A stretch of DNA of 64,000 nt from Chthoniobacterales bacterium. Lineage in GTDB: Bacteria > Verrucomicrobiota > Verrucomicrobiia > Chthoniobacterales > Chthoniobacteraceae. Each line of letters opens with the position of its first letter. Within the stretch, counting starts at the first letter, position 1. Shown piece by piece: positions 43,401-52,624 of the stretch. Both the position numbers and the translations under genes were made by a program. The notes under the pieces are model-generated. The model was not told the origin of the DNA, made no database searches, and saw only the letters and a program-made list of their open reading frames with translations. The stretch lies in assembly GCA_038207335.1 (NCBI GenBank), contig JBBQZX010000019.1, forward strand, positions 48,681 to 112,680, written 5' to 3'.

Positions 43401-45040
43401 GCACCGTTATTTATTCCCCCGGCGACGAGCACCTTGCCATTAGGCAGTAGAGTTGCCGTGTGACCGTAGCGCGCCGCGGCGAGGCTGCCGGTCGTCGTCC
43501 ACGTCCCGGCCGCCGGATCGTAGAGTTCCGCGCTGGCGGCATTGCCGCCAGTCTGTCCCGCGGCGGCGAGCACCTTGCCGTTCGCCAGTAGCGTCGCCGT
43601 GTAATAGTTGCGAGCCGTCGATAGGCTGCCGGTCGCAGTCCATGTTCCATTACCCGGGTCGTAGATCTCTGAGCTCGTAAGAGGTCCAGTGGATCCAGAG
43701 CCTCCACTAACGAGCACCTTGCCGTTGGGAAGGAGCGTCGCCTTGTGAGAATTTCGTTCCGTGGCAAGGCTGCCGGTCGCAGTCCACGTCCCGCTTACTG
43801 GATTGAAAAGCTCAGCGCTCGCGAGATCGCTGGTTCCAAAGCGACCCGCAGCGACGAGCACCTTGCCGTTGGGCAGGAGCGTCGCCGTGGGATACGAACG
43901 CGCCGCGGCGAGGCTGGCGGTGGGGGCGAAAGTCCCGGTCGCCGAGTCGTAGAGCTGCCCGGTCGCTAGAGCGCCGCTCGTTCCATAACCACCCGCAACC
44001 AGCACCTTTCCGCTCGGCAACAGCGTTGCCGTCTGCTGCGCGCGTCCGGCCGCGAGGCTGCCCGTCACCGCCCACAGTCCGCTCGCCGCGTCGTAGATCT
44101 CCGCGCCTGGGACAGTGCCGTTCGCATTAGCGCCTCCCGCGACGAGCACCTTGCCATTGGGAAGCAGTGTCGCCGAGTGAGTATAGCGCGCCCCGGTCGA
44201 GAGGCTTGCGGTCGCAGCCCATGTCCCCGTTGCAGGGTTGAAGATTTCAGCGGTCGCGGTTGCGCCAAAGCCCGCGTCATTCCCTCCACCGGCGACGAGC
44301 ACCAGCCCATTGGGGAGCAACGTCGCGGTGTGTGAATAGCGTGCGGTCACGAGGCTCCCGGTCGCTGACCACGACCCGGTTGCCGGATCGTACATCTCTG
44401 CGGTCCGGAGAGGCCCACCGTTGCCTCCCGCCGCGACGAACACCTTGCCACTCGGCAGCAGCGTAGCAGTGTGCCTCGTCCGCTGCGCGGAAAGGTTGCC
44501 GGTGGCGCTCCAAGTCCCCGTAGCCGGATCATAGAGGCTCGCTGTTTGGAAAACGTTGGACCCGTTAAAGCCCCCGGCCACCAGCACCTTGCCGTTGGGC
44601 AGCAGCGTCGCTGTATGATCAAAGCGCGCACCCGGCAGGCTGCCGGTCGCCGACCACGTCCCGGTCGCCGGATCGTACAGTTCCGAGCTCGCGAGACCGC
44701 CACCGCTCCCTATTCCCCCGGCGACCAGTACCTTGCCGTTCGGCAGCAGCGTCGCCGTATGGTGGTCGCGGGCTGTGAGCAGGCCGCCGGTCGTCGTCCA
44801 GGTTCCGAGCGCAGGATCGTAGGTCTGCGCGGTTGCCAAATAGGAGCCGCCGAGAACCCCGCCAGCGACGAGCACCTTGCCGTTCGGTAAAAGCGTGCCT
44901 GTATGCAACTGCCGCGCACTCGCCATGCTGCCGGTATTGGCGAAGGTATTCGGTGCCTGTGCCCACGCGGGTGACGTAGCGTCGAACAGGGTGAGCGTGA
45001 CGGTGGCAGCTGCGAGGAGCAGGCGCGCGGGGATTTTCAT
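40418..45040 (-). CDS. Large secreted Kelch-repeat protein (14 Kelch repeats, Ig/FN3-like linkers, C-terminal repeat domain)
   Basis: Signal peptide; 14 copies of (H)TATLLPNGKVLVAGG...AELYDP at about 47-aa period. Confidence 0.9.
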   Translation of the reverse strand: MKIPARLLLAAATVTLTLFDATSPAWAQAPNTFANTGSMASARQLHTGTLLPNGKVLVAGGVLGGSYLATAQTYDPALGTWTTTGGLLTARDHHTATLLPNGKVLVAGGIGSGGGLASSELYDPATGTWSATGSLPGARFDHTATLLPNGKVLVAGGFNGSNVFQTASLYDPATGTWSATGNLSAQRTRHTATLLPSGKVFVAAGGNGGPLRTAEMYDPATGSWSATGSLVTARYSHTATLLPNGLVLVAGGGNDAGFGATATAEIFNPATGTWAATASLSTGARYTHSATLLPNGKVLVAGGANANGTVPGAEIYDAASGLWAVTGSLAAGRAQQTATLLPSGKVLVAGGYGTSGALATGQLYDSATGTFAPTASLAAARSYPTATLLPNGKVLVAAGRFGTSDLASAELFNPVSGTWTATGSLATERNSHKATLLPNGKVLVSGGSGSTGPLTSSEIYDPGNGTWTATGSLSTARNYYTATLLANGKVLAAAGQTGGNAASAELYDPAAGTWTTTGSLAAARYGHTATLLPNGKVLVAGGINNGALTGAELYDPATGTWTVTASLSTARGYHTATLLPNGKVLVAGGVGTSVVVTSAELYDPASGKWTATASLSTARGNHTATLLPNGKVLVAGGAGNSGVTMSAELYDPANGTWTATGNLANARFVQAAALLLDGKVLVAGGFYGSSDLASAELYNVGLGFSPATQPQVTASSFDSNGRLVLTGSGFNGISGASVGGTNDSPTNYPVVQLRWLNNEQSVFLSRDASASASATSFTSTPAAALREGYALATVFANGVPSAAKLVSYTAPTAPTVTTPTFTGVTDAGATLGGNVTSDGGAAITARGLVYALTSGNADPVLGGSGVMSATAAGTTGSFTVAVGGLDASSGYSFKAYATNSVGTSYTSVATFTTMAPPDMTAPETTITSGPSGTVNSDSATIAFTGSDDVTAAGSLTFEGRLDGEEFGPVTSPVVLNGLAQGAHVYEVRAKDAAGNTDATPAVASWTVTLNPEATRRFEKGGTVPGAGTAGGPPDGAVFAGFGVPAINDAETLAFLAKWKSPTGSGAGLFAGTPTRAIAKTGDAAPDATGSPLAGVTFKAFKDPVIAADGSIAFLAKLGGATTNDDIALFSNAGGTVRLVARENATLPGTPEGSQLRSIASASISSASTVVETVASTSNIQFGGSDVWVVFTGSLRIGAAGAAGPGGVTRTDDTGAWRWKASTGTVTAIAREGSTLGGVSTSAVKSFRLLKTSGGTPAQGRGQWGGATATFQVAFVDKTQALVDTDESGASKVFASTEPTVPGVPDATWKTFGSPANPDTAGGAIAFLANLTPNLGGVLASDAKRLFFMPTTGTASSIKRGEPAPGTDAAFNALKDPVLSPDGQIFAFLGQAKGGSVTATSDTGIWWQNASTALALLAQEGAQPPESAVGAQWKSFTSLAASDKGPLFVAKLVTGASGANGPGGILATSNTGLWAMTGTGTLRKLLQEGDPLGGTPVKSFVTLAASSGSAGTRRSFAADGTVAARVYFTDGAQAIYTISVP

Positions 45041-45404
45041 GCGGAGGGAAATAGGGGAGCGGTGAGGGAGACGATGCGAGTCGAGGAAGTCGGACCGGTG
45101 GTTGTGAAACCGGCGCGGAGGGAAGCAGCGAAACGGGGCATGTCAAGCCACCGGTGCCGTCCAACTCACCGCCGACGAAGGCTCGCCCTACCCGCGGGCA
45201 TTCAGTGACTCAGCGCGCGCATCCGCGAGCGGCAGCCGCCGCCTCCGCCCCCCGTGTCGAAGCCAAAATCGGAACGTTCGCGAACCGCCCTTCCGCGGGG
45301 GTATCCTCAAGCCGGAGGCTTGCGGTACACAGGCTTTAAATACACAACCCGTCAGACACCGCGCCTTGACCTGCCCCGGTTTTGGCCGAACGCTTTGCAT
45401 CGCC

Positions 45405-46883
45405 ATGCACCCCTTCATCGAAAACGAGATCAACCTCACGCGGCGGCAGTTTTTTGGGCAGACCGGGCTGCGGCTCGGCGGCGTCGCGCTGGCACAGTTG
45501 CTCGGGGAAAAGGCGTTCGCCGCATCGACTTCACTCGCGACTCCTGCGCTACGCGTGCATCCCGCACTGCCGGGGTTTCCAAATTTCGCGCCAAAGGCCA
45601 AGCGGCTCATCTACCTGCACATGAACGGCGCGCCGTCGCAGCTCGATCTCTTCGATCACAAGCCCGGTCTCGCGGAGCACTTCGACCAGGATTTGCCGGA
45701 CTCGATCCGCGGGGGGCAGCGTCTAACGGGGATGTCGTCGGGGCAGAAACGCTTTCCGGTCGCGCCGTCGAAATTCAAGTTTGCGCAGCACGGGAACAGT
45801 GGGCGCTGGATCAGTGAGCTGCTTCCGCACACGGCGGAGATCGTGGACGAAATCGCGGTCATCAAGAGCGTCCACACGCACGCGATCAATCATGACCCGG
45901 GGTGCACGTTCCTTTTCACCGGCGCGGAAATCCCCGGCAAGCCGAGCCTCGGCTCGTGGCTCTCTTACGGGCTGGGCAGTGAGTCGAACGATCTGCCGGC
46001 GTTCGTGGCGCTCACGGCGAAGTATCCCGAGACTTCCGACGGGCAGGCGCTCTTCACGCGGATGTGGAGCAGCGGATTCCTGCCAGGTATCCACAACGGC
46101 GTGGCCTTTCGCAGCGGCGCGGACCCGGTGCTGTTTTTGGAAAATCCCAACGGCGTGCAGCGCGAGGATCGCCGTGCGTTGCTGAATGCCCTCAGCGACC
46201 TCAATCAGCGGCAGGCCGAGCGTTTCGGCGACCCGGAGACGCTGACTCGCATCGCGCAATACGAGATGGCATTTCGGATGCAGGCCAGCGTCCCTGACCT
46301 CGCGGACTTCAAAAAAGAAGACGCCGCGACGCTCGAAATGTACGGCCCGGATGTCGAGCGCCCCGGCTCTTTCACCCAAAGCTGCCTGCTCGCCCGCCGC
46401 CTCGCCGAGCGCGGCGTGCGCTGCGTGCAAGTCATGCATCGCGGCTGGGATTCGCACTCGAATCTCCCGACCAATCTCGGCAACCAAACGCGCGACACCG
46501 ATCGCGGCTGCGCGGCGCTTATCAAGGACCTCAAGCAGCGCGGTCTGCTCGACGACACGCTCGTCATCTGGGGCGGCGAATTTGGCCGCACCGTCTATTC
46601 GCAAGGCACGCTGACGAAGGACAACTACGGACGCGACCATCACCCGCGGAACTTCTGCATGTGGATGGCCGGCGGCGGAATCAAGCCCGGCATCAGCTAC
46701 GGCGAGACCGACGATTTTTCCTACAACATCGTCGAAAACCCCGTCCACCTGAACGACATCAACGCCACGATCCTGCACTGCCTCGGCATCGATCACTCGC
46801 GCTTCACCTACAAATTCCAAGGCCTCGACCAGCGCCTCACCGGCGTGGAGCCTGCGGAAGTCGTGAAGGGGATTTTGCTGTAA
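45405..46883 (+). CDS. DUF1501 domain protein (Tat-like N-terminus)
   Basis: [40 protein letters not shown]. Confidence 0.93.
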   Translation: MHPFIENEINLTRRQFFGQTGLRLGGVALAQLLGEKAFAASTSLATPALRVHPALPGFPNFAPKAKRLIYLHMNGAPSQLDLFDHKPGLAEHFDQDLPDSIRGGQRLTGMSSGQKRFPVAPSKFKFAQHGNSGRWISELLPHTAEIVDEIAVIKSVHTHAINHDPGCTFLFTGAEIPGKPSLGSWLSYGLGSESNDLPAFVALTAKYPETSDGQALFTRMWSSGFLPGIHNGVAFRSGADPVLFLENPNGVQREDRRALLNALSDLNQRQAERFGDPETLTRIAQYEMAFRMQASVPDLADFKKEDAATLEMYGPDVERPGSFTQSCLLARRLAERGVRCVQVMHRGWDSHSNLPTNLGNQTRDTDRGCAALIKDLKQRGLLDDTLVIWGGEFGRTVYSQGTLTKDNYGRDHHPRNFCMWMAGGGIKPGISYGETDDFSYNIVENPVHLNDINATILHCLGIDHSRFTYKFQGLDQRLTGVEPAEVVKGILL

Positions 46884-46999
46884 CCGGGATCGGCGATCCG
46901 AGCCGGAACAGCGGGCGGAATTCTTGTGTCCTTTTCGTGTCGCCTCGTTCGTCTTTGAATTAGCGAGGCCAACCGCCTCCCATCAAAACCATCGAACCC

Positions 47000-47470
47000 A
47001 TGACCACACAAAACCACTACCCGCCCATCTCCTCCTACCTCGCCGTCAACGATGCCGCGAAGGCCATCGAGTTCTACAAGTCCGCTTTCGGCGCGACGGA
47101 AATCTACCGCCTTTCGGACTCCGCGTCCGGTCGCATCGGCCACGCGGAACTGGCGCTCAATGGCAGCATGATCATGCTTTCCGATGAGTTCCCGGGTTAC
47201 TCGAAATCCCCGCAAACGCTCGGCGGCACCGCGGTGCGATTTTGCCTCATGGTGGAAGATGCGGACGCCGCGTTCGACCGCGCAGTGGCCTCCGGCGCGA
47301 CCGTCCTGCGGCCGCTGACCGACGAGTTCTACGGCTTCCGCAGCGGCAGTATTCGCGACCCCTTTGGCCACGAATGGCTGGTGCAGCATCAGTTTGAAAA
47401 AGTGAGCCCCGAGGAAATGCAAAAGCGCTGGGATGAGATGGTGAAGAACTGCCAGCCTCCCACCGAGTAA
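47000..47470 (+). CDS. VOC/glyoxalase family protein (PhnB-like)
   Basis: AIEFYKSAFGA, HAEL, FYGFRSG..RDPFGHEW. Confidence 0.9.
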   Translation: MTTQNHYPPISSYLAVNDAAKAIEFYKSAFGATEIYRLSDSASGRIGHAELALNGSMIMLSDEFPGYSKSPQTLGGTAVRFCLMVEDADAAFDRAVASGATVLRPLTDEFYGFRSGSIRDPFGHEWLVQHQFEKVSPEEMQKRWDEMVKNCQPPTE

Positions 47471-47478
47471 GCCGCGCC

Positions 47479-47880
47479 ATGAATCCACAGACACCTACCA
47501 GCGAACATCTGCTGCTCATCCGCGGCACGCATTGGAACCATGGCATGTCACCCGCGAAGTTGCAGCACGTGATGACCGACTTCTACGCATGGGTCGATGG
47601 GCTCGTGCAAAGCGGCGTCCTCCGCGGCGCGCAGCCTCTCATGGAGGAAGGAAAGCTCGTAACTGGCGCGTCCGGCAACTCGGTGCGGGATGGAGTCTTC
47701 GCCGAGTCGAAAGAAGCCATCGCTGGTTACTTTCTGCTGGAGGTGCCCAGTATCGAAGAAACCGTGAGCCTCGCGCAGAAATGTCCCATCTTGGCCTATG
47801 GTGCTCAGATCGAAGTCCGCCCCGTGGCCGACCTCTGCCGCCCGATGGCCGAGGTAAAAGCGTTGGCCGCAACAGCTTAG
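47479..47880 (+). CDS. YciI/DGPF-family protein
   Basis: DGVFAESKEAIAGYF...IEVRP. Confidence 0.88.
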   Translation: MNPQTPTSEHLLLIRGTHWNHGMSPAKLQHVMTDFYAWVDGLVQSGVLRGAQPLMEEGKLVTGASGNSVRDGVFAESKEAIAGYFLLEVPSIEETVSLAQKCPILAYGAQIEVRPVADLCRPMAEVKALAATA

Positions 47881-47957
47881 GGCACATAAAGCCGGGGCTT
47901 CCCCGTCCCGTGTAGAGCCTTGGGTCGAGTCCGCTCCGGCTCCTTGCCATCCCAGTC

Positions 47958-49262
47958 ATGCCATCCGAGGCACCTCCGTCCTCGACGCCGAGTCCCGACG
48001 CGGCACGGCGCACCGCGCATCTCGCGGACGACCTCTTTCGTCGCGAAAGCGCGCGATTGGTCGTGATGCTCGCGGGGCAATTCGGGATGCACCGGTTGCA
48101 ACTTGCGGAAGACGTGGTGCAGGAAGCCTTGGTCCGCGCGTTGCAAACGTGGCCCTATCGTGGCGTGCCGGACAACCCCGCGGCGTGGCTCACGCAGACT
48201 GCAAAGAATCTCGCGCTCGACCAAGTCAGGCGCGAGAGGCGCTGGCAGGAAAAGGAGGACGGCATCGCCGCCGCGAGCGAGCGCTGGCTGGCGGAGCACC
48301 CGCAATCGGAAAACCACGAGACCTTTGCCGACGACACGCTCCGGATGATGTTCGTCTGCTTCCATCCACAGCTCTCAGTCGAGGTGCAGACAGCGCTGGC
48401 GTTGCGAACGCTTTGCGGACTGAGCCCCGCGGAAATCGCCAGCGCTTTCCTCGCCAGCGAGGCTGCGATCAGCAAACGCCTGGTGCGCGCCCGCCAGCGC
48501 ATCCTGGAGCTAGGTCTGCCATTCGAGGTGCCCGAAGTGCGCGAACTTCCCGCGCGTCTTGATGCGGTTCTGGGCACGTTGTATCTCCTTTTTAACGAAG
48601 GCTACAAAGCCTCGGCCGGCGACCGGCTCGTGCGCGAAGACCTATGCCACGAAGCGATAAGACTCACGCGACTCGTGGCCCGGCATCCTGCCACCGACAC
48701 GCCTCAGACCCATGCGCTCCTAGCTCTCATGCTGCTCAACGCCGCCCGCCTTTCCGCTCGTACGGACGACGCGGGGAATCTGCTGCGTCTCCACGAGCAA
48801 AATCGTGATGAATGGGATCACGGAATGATCGAGCTGGGACTTCAGGAGCTAGATCTCGCGGCAACCGGCGACACGCTGAGTGAATACCACCTTCAGGCAG
48901 GCATCGCAGCGTGTCATAGCATTGCTCTCGACGATTCTGCGACGGACTGGCCTCGCATCCTATCCCTCTACGATCTGCTATTGCCACTGACTGCCTCGCC
49001 CATCGTCGCACTGAACCGCGCGGTCGCAGTGGCTCGCGTGCATGGGCCGCAGGCAGCGATGGCTGCGGTCGAGGAAATCGCAAACCGCGGATCGCTGGAA
49101 TCTTATCATCTCCTGCACGCGATTCGCGGATCGTTTGCCGCTGAGTTGGGACGCCCGGCGGAAGCTGTGACCCATTTCCGCATCGCGGGAAAGCTGGCGG
49201 AACTTCCCGCGGAGCGTGAATTCATCGCCCGCCGGATTCGTGAGTGTGAGGCTGGGGAATAG
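47958..49262 (+). CDS. ECF sigma factor with long C-terminal TPR-like extension (ECF42-type)
   Basis: AEDVVQEA, WPYRGVPDNPAAWL, FVCFHP, YLLFNEGY, YHLQAGIAA, LNRAVA; follows a DGPF gene. Confidence 0.9.
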   Translation: MPSEAPPSSTPSPDAARRTAHLADDLFRRESARLVVMLAGQFGMHRLQLAEDVVQEALVRALQTWPYRGVPDNPAAWLTQTAKNLALDQVRRERRWQEKEDGIAAASERWLAEHPQSENHETFADDTLRMMFVCFHPQLSVEVQTALALRTLCGLSPAEIASAFLASEAAISKRLVRARQRILELGLPFEVPEVRELPARLDAVLGTLYLLFNEGYKASAGDRLVREDLCHEAIRLTRLVARHPATDTPQTHALLALMLLNAARLSARTDDAGNLLRLHEQNRDEWDHGMIELGLQELDLAATGDTLSEYHLQAGIAACHSIALDDSATDWPRILSLYDLLLPLTASPIVALNRAVAVARVHGPQAAMAAVEEIANRGSLESYHLLHAIRGSFAAELGRPAEAVTHFRIAGKLAELPAEREFIARRIRECEAGE

Positions 49263-49396
49263 CTTCAGCAGCCTCTCTTCAGCAGCCTCGCTGCTTGCGT
49301 CCGCGAGGCAATCAATTTGGAGATGTGCGGCTGCATTTTTTCGGATATTTTCTCTGACTCCTTATGAAGCTCCCCCTTTCAAAGTGCTGTTTGTTG

Positions 49397-50761
49397 ATGA
49401 AATCGATTCTTCTCTGCATCGCATTCAGTCTCCTAGCAAGGGATCGAGTATCCGCGGCTTCCGCCGACGCGAAGCCGATGAATATCGTCGTCCTTTACGC
49501 CGATGACTGGCGCTTCGACACGCTAGGCATCGCGGGGAATCCGGTGGTCAAGACGCCGAACCTCGACCGGCTTGCGCGCGAGGGCTTTCGCTTCACGCAT
49601 AACTGCGTGACCACTGCCATCTGCGGGGTCAGTCGCGCGAGCTTGCTCACCGGCCAATGGATGTCACGCCACGGCAATACTTCGTTCAGTGCTTTCAAGA
49701 CACCGTGGGCTGAGACTTATCCGGGGCTGCTGCGCGCGAATGGCTACTACGTCGGGCACGTTGGAAAGTGGCACAATGGAAAGTTCCCGGCGGCGAACTT
49801 CGACTTCGGTCGCGCTTACTCCGGCACGCATTGGTTGAAGGAGCCGGACGGCACGATGATCCACGTCACGCAGAAGAATGAAAACGACGCGCTGGAATTC
49901 CTGCGCACGCGGCCGACGGACAAGCCGTTCTGCCTGACTCTCGCCTTCTTTGCTACGCACGCCGAGGACAGCAATCCGAAGCAATACCTGCCACAGCCGC
50001 AAAGCATGTCGCTGTATCAGGACGTGACCATTCCCGTCGCGAAGACCGCGACCGATGAGGCCTTTCACAAGCTCCCGCCTTTCATCGCAAACGAGAAAAA
50101 CGAAGGCCGTGTGCGCTGGCATTGGCGCTTCGACACGCCGGAGAAATACCAGGAAATGATGAAGAACTATTACCGTCTCGCGACTGAGGTGGACGCGACC
50201 TGCCAGCGCGTGCTCGACGAGCTTCAGAAGGAGGGGGTGCTCGACCATACACTCGTCATTTTCACGGGCGACAATGGTTACTTTCACGCTGAGCACGGAC
50301 TCGCGGACAAGTGGTATCCGCACCAGGAAAGCATCCGCGTCCCGCTCATCGTGAGCGATCCGCGGATGCCCGCGGAGAAGCGCGGGCAGACCAATGACGA
50401 CTTCACGCTGAACGTCGATCTCGCGCCGACGATCCTCGCCGCCGCAGGCATCGCCGCGCCGAAGACCATGCAAGGCCGCGACTTCGCGCCGCTCTATCTC
50501 GCCGCTCAAAAGCCGGAGTGGCGCACCGAGTTTTTCTACGAGCATGCGATCATCAAAAACAAAAGCTTCATCCCAGCCTCCGAGGCGCTCGTGCGAAAGG
50601 ATTGGAAGTATTTCTACTGGCCCGACTTTGGCCTCGAACAACTTTTCCACGTCGAAGCCGATCCCTACGAGGAAGCCGATCTCGCGCAAAACACCGAGCA
50701 AGCCGAGCGGATGGCCGAAATGCGCAAGCGCTTCGCCGAACTAAAAGCGGCGGCGCGGTGA
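49397..50761 (+). CDS. Sulfatase
   Basis: [32 protein letters not shown]. Confidence 0.92.
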   Translation: MKSILLCIAFSLLARDRVSAASADAKPMNIVVLYADDWRFDTLGIAGNPVVKTPNLDRLAREGFRFTHNCVTTAICGVSRASLLTGQWMSRHGNTSFSAFKTPWAETYPGLLRANGYYVGHVGKWHNGKFPAANFDFGRAYSGTHWLKEPDGTMIHVTQKNENDALEFLRTRPTDKPFCLTLAFFATHAEDSNPKQYLPQPQSMSLYQDVTIPVAKTATDEAFHKLPPFIANEKNEGRVRWHWRFDTPEKYQEMMKNYYRLATEVDATCQRVLDELQKEGVLDHTLVIFTGDNGYFHAEHGLADKWYPHQESIRVPLIVSDPRMPAEKRGQTNDDFTLNVDLAPTILAAAGIAAPKTMQGRDFAPLYLAAQKPEWRTEFFYEHAIIKNKSFIPASEALVRKDWKYFYWPDFGLEQLFHVEADPYEEADLAQNTEQAERMAEMRKRFAELKAAAR

Positions 50762-50827
50762 AGGTTGCCGGCATCCCCGATTCCGGGTGCAGCATTGCTC
50801 CGCGCCGTGATGATGGCACTGTCTCCG

Positions 50828-52624
50828 ATGTGCCCTCCGATCCTTCGCACGCTCGCTGCCTCACTCATACTTCTCATTGCGAACGGCCGCGCTGAAAATG
50901 GAGCACTAAAGGTGATCGAGTGGCATCCGTGGAGCGATGCGATTTTTCAGAAAGCAAAAGCAGAGAAGAAGCTCGTGCTGCTCGATCTCGGTACGGGCTG
51001 GTGCCACTGGTGCCATGTGATGGACGAGGTGACGTATCGCGATCCCGACGTCGTGAGGCTGATTCGGGATGGTTACTACGCAGTCCGCGTTGATGCCGAT
51101 TCGCGGCCTGACTTAGCAAACCGCTACGAAGATTACGGCTGGCCCGCGACGATCGTTTTCGATTCGGCGGGGCTCGAACTCGCGAAACGGCGCGGCTATC
51201 TGCCGCCGAAGCCGATGGCGGGAATGCTGCAGGCGTTCATCGAAGACCCGACGCCGGGGCCCTCGATCGAGCCGCAGGGCGAAGTGACTCCCAGCGCCGA
51301 AGCTGCGCTGTCCCCCGAGCAGCGGAAGTCGATGCGCGCGGACTTTCTCGCGGCCTACGACGCGGAGCGCGGCGGCTGGGGAGAGGTGCATCACTATTTG
51401 AATTGGGATGCGCTGGAGTATTGCCTGCTGGAAGGCGCGGCCGGCGACGCGAAGCTGGAAGCCATGGCGCGGCAGACGCTCACCTCCGGCCTGAAGCTCA
51501 TCGATCCGGTGTGGGGCGGCGTGGATCAGTACTCGACCGACGGTGACTGGGATCACCCGCATTTCGAAAAGATCATGCCTTTTCAAACCGAAAACATGCG
51601 TGTTTATGCGCTCGCCTCAAAGCTCTGGCACGAGCCGAAATGGCTCGCGACAGCGGAGAAAGTTCGCGGCTATTTGAAAAACTTTCTCACGTCGCCGGAG
51701 GGCGCATTTTACGCGAGCCAGGATGCCGACATGGTGCCGGGAGAGCACTCGGGCGAATACTTTGCGCTCGACGATGCCGCACGCCGGACGATCGGAATCC
51801 CGCGCGTGGACATGCACATTTATGCGCGGGAAAACGGGCTCGCGATTGCGGGGCTGTGCGCGCTCTACGCGGCGAATGGCGATGCCGACGTGCTCGCGGA
51901 TGCGCGGCGCGCGGTGGAGTGGGTGCTCGCGCATCGAGCGCTGGAAGGCGGAGGATTTTCGCACGGCGATGCAGATGAAAGCGGGCCGTTCCTCGGAGAC
52001 ACCTTGGCGATGGGGCGCGCATTTCTCTCGCTCTACACGGTGACCGGCGAGCGCCAATGGCTGACGCACGCGGAGAGCGCTGCGCAGTTCATCGGCAAGA
52101 AGTTTAACTCAAAATCAGGCTTCGTGACAGCGGTGGCCGCGTCCGGGGAGCAATTTGCGCCGAGGCCGCAGGTTGATGAAAACGTGATGCTTGCTCGGTT
52201 CCTGAGTCTGCTTCATGCACACACGGACTCGCAGATCTCCACCGAGATGACTGTACGCGCGATGCGATACCTCGCCGCGCCGAGTGTCGTGAAAAGCCAG
52301 GGCTACGGCACCGCCGGGCTGCTGCTTGCGGACGGCGCGATGACCACGGAGCCAGTCCACCTCACAGTCGTCGGCGCAAAAGATTCGGAAACCGCAAAAG
52401 AGCTTTTTGCCACCGCACTTCGCGGCTTGCCGATGTCCGCGCGGATTGAATGGCTCGACCCTAAAGGACCGCCATTGCCCCGCACAGACGTCACCTTCCC
52501 GCCGCTCACCGAGCCCGCCGCATTCCTCTGCGCAAACGGCCTCTGCTCATCTTCAATCCGCACGGTGGAGTCGCTGGCCAACCGATTGGCGAAGCAACGG
52601 ATGGGTTTAGCGCCCGCTGAGTAA
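50828..52624 (+). CDS. Thioredoxin-domain DUF255 (YyaL-like) protein
   Basis: WCHWCHVM, RPDL, GWP, HPHFEK, FYASQDAD; start uncertain. Confidence 0.88.
   Translation: MCPPILRTLAASLILLIANGRAENGALKVIEWHPWSDAIFQKAKAEKKLVLLDLGTGWCHWCHVMDEVTYRDPDVVRLIRDGYYAVRVDADSRPDLANRYEDYGWPATIVFDSAGLELAKRRGYLPPKPMAGMLQAFIEDPTPGPSIEPQGEVTPSAEAALSPEQRKSMRADFLAAYDAERGGWGEVHHYLNWDALEYCLLEGAAGDAKLEAMARQTLTSGLKLIDPVWGGVDQYSTDGDWDHPHFEKIMPFQTENMRVYALASKLWHEPKWLATAEKVRGYLKNFLTSPEGAFYASQDADMVPGEHSGEYFALDDAARRTIGIPRVDMHIYARENGLAIAGLCALYAANGDADVLADARRAVEWVLAHRALEGGGFSHGDADESGPFLGDTLAMGRAFLSLYTVTGERQWLTHAESAAQFIGKKFNSKSGFVTAVAASGEQFAPRPQVDENVMLARFLSLLHAHTDSQISTEMTVRAMRYLAAPSVVKSQGYGTAGLLLADGAMTTEPVHLTVVGAKDSETAKELFATALRGLPMSARIEWLDPKGPPLPRTDVTFPPLTEPAAFLCANGLCSSSIRTVESLANRLAKQRMGLAPAE

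Noticed and set aside
40352..45404. Target-site duplication around the Kelch gene (tgacc..cccgg..ggccgaa at both sides)
   Set aside because: The similarity is short and gapped and could be chance in GC-rich DNA.
49397..50761. Non-canonical sulfatase motif CGVSR as a novelty
   Set aside because: Variation at the middle positions of CxxxR is common; not enough to flag.
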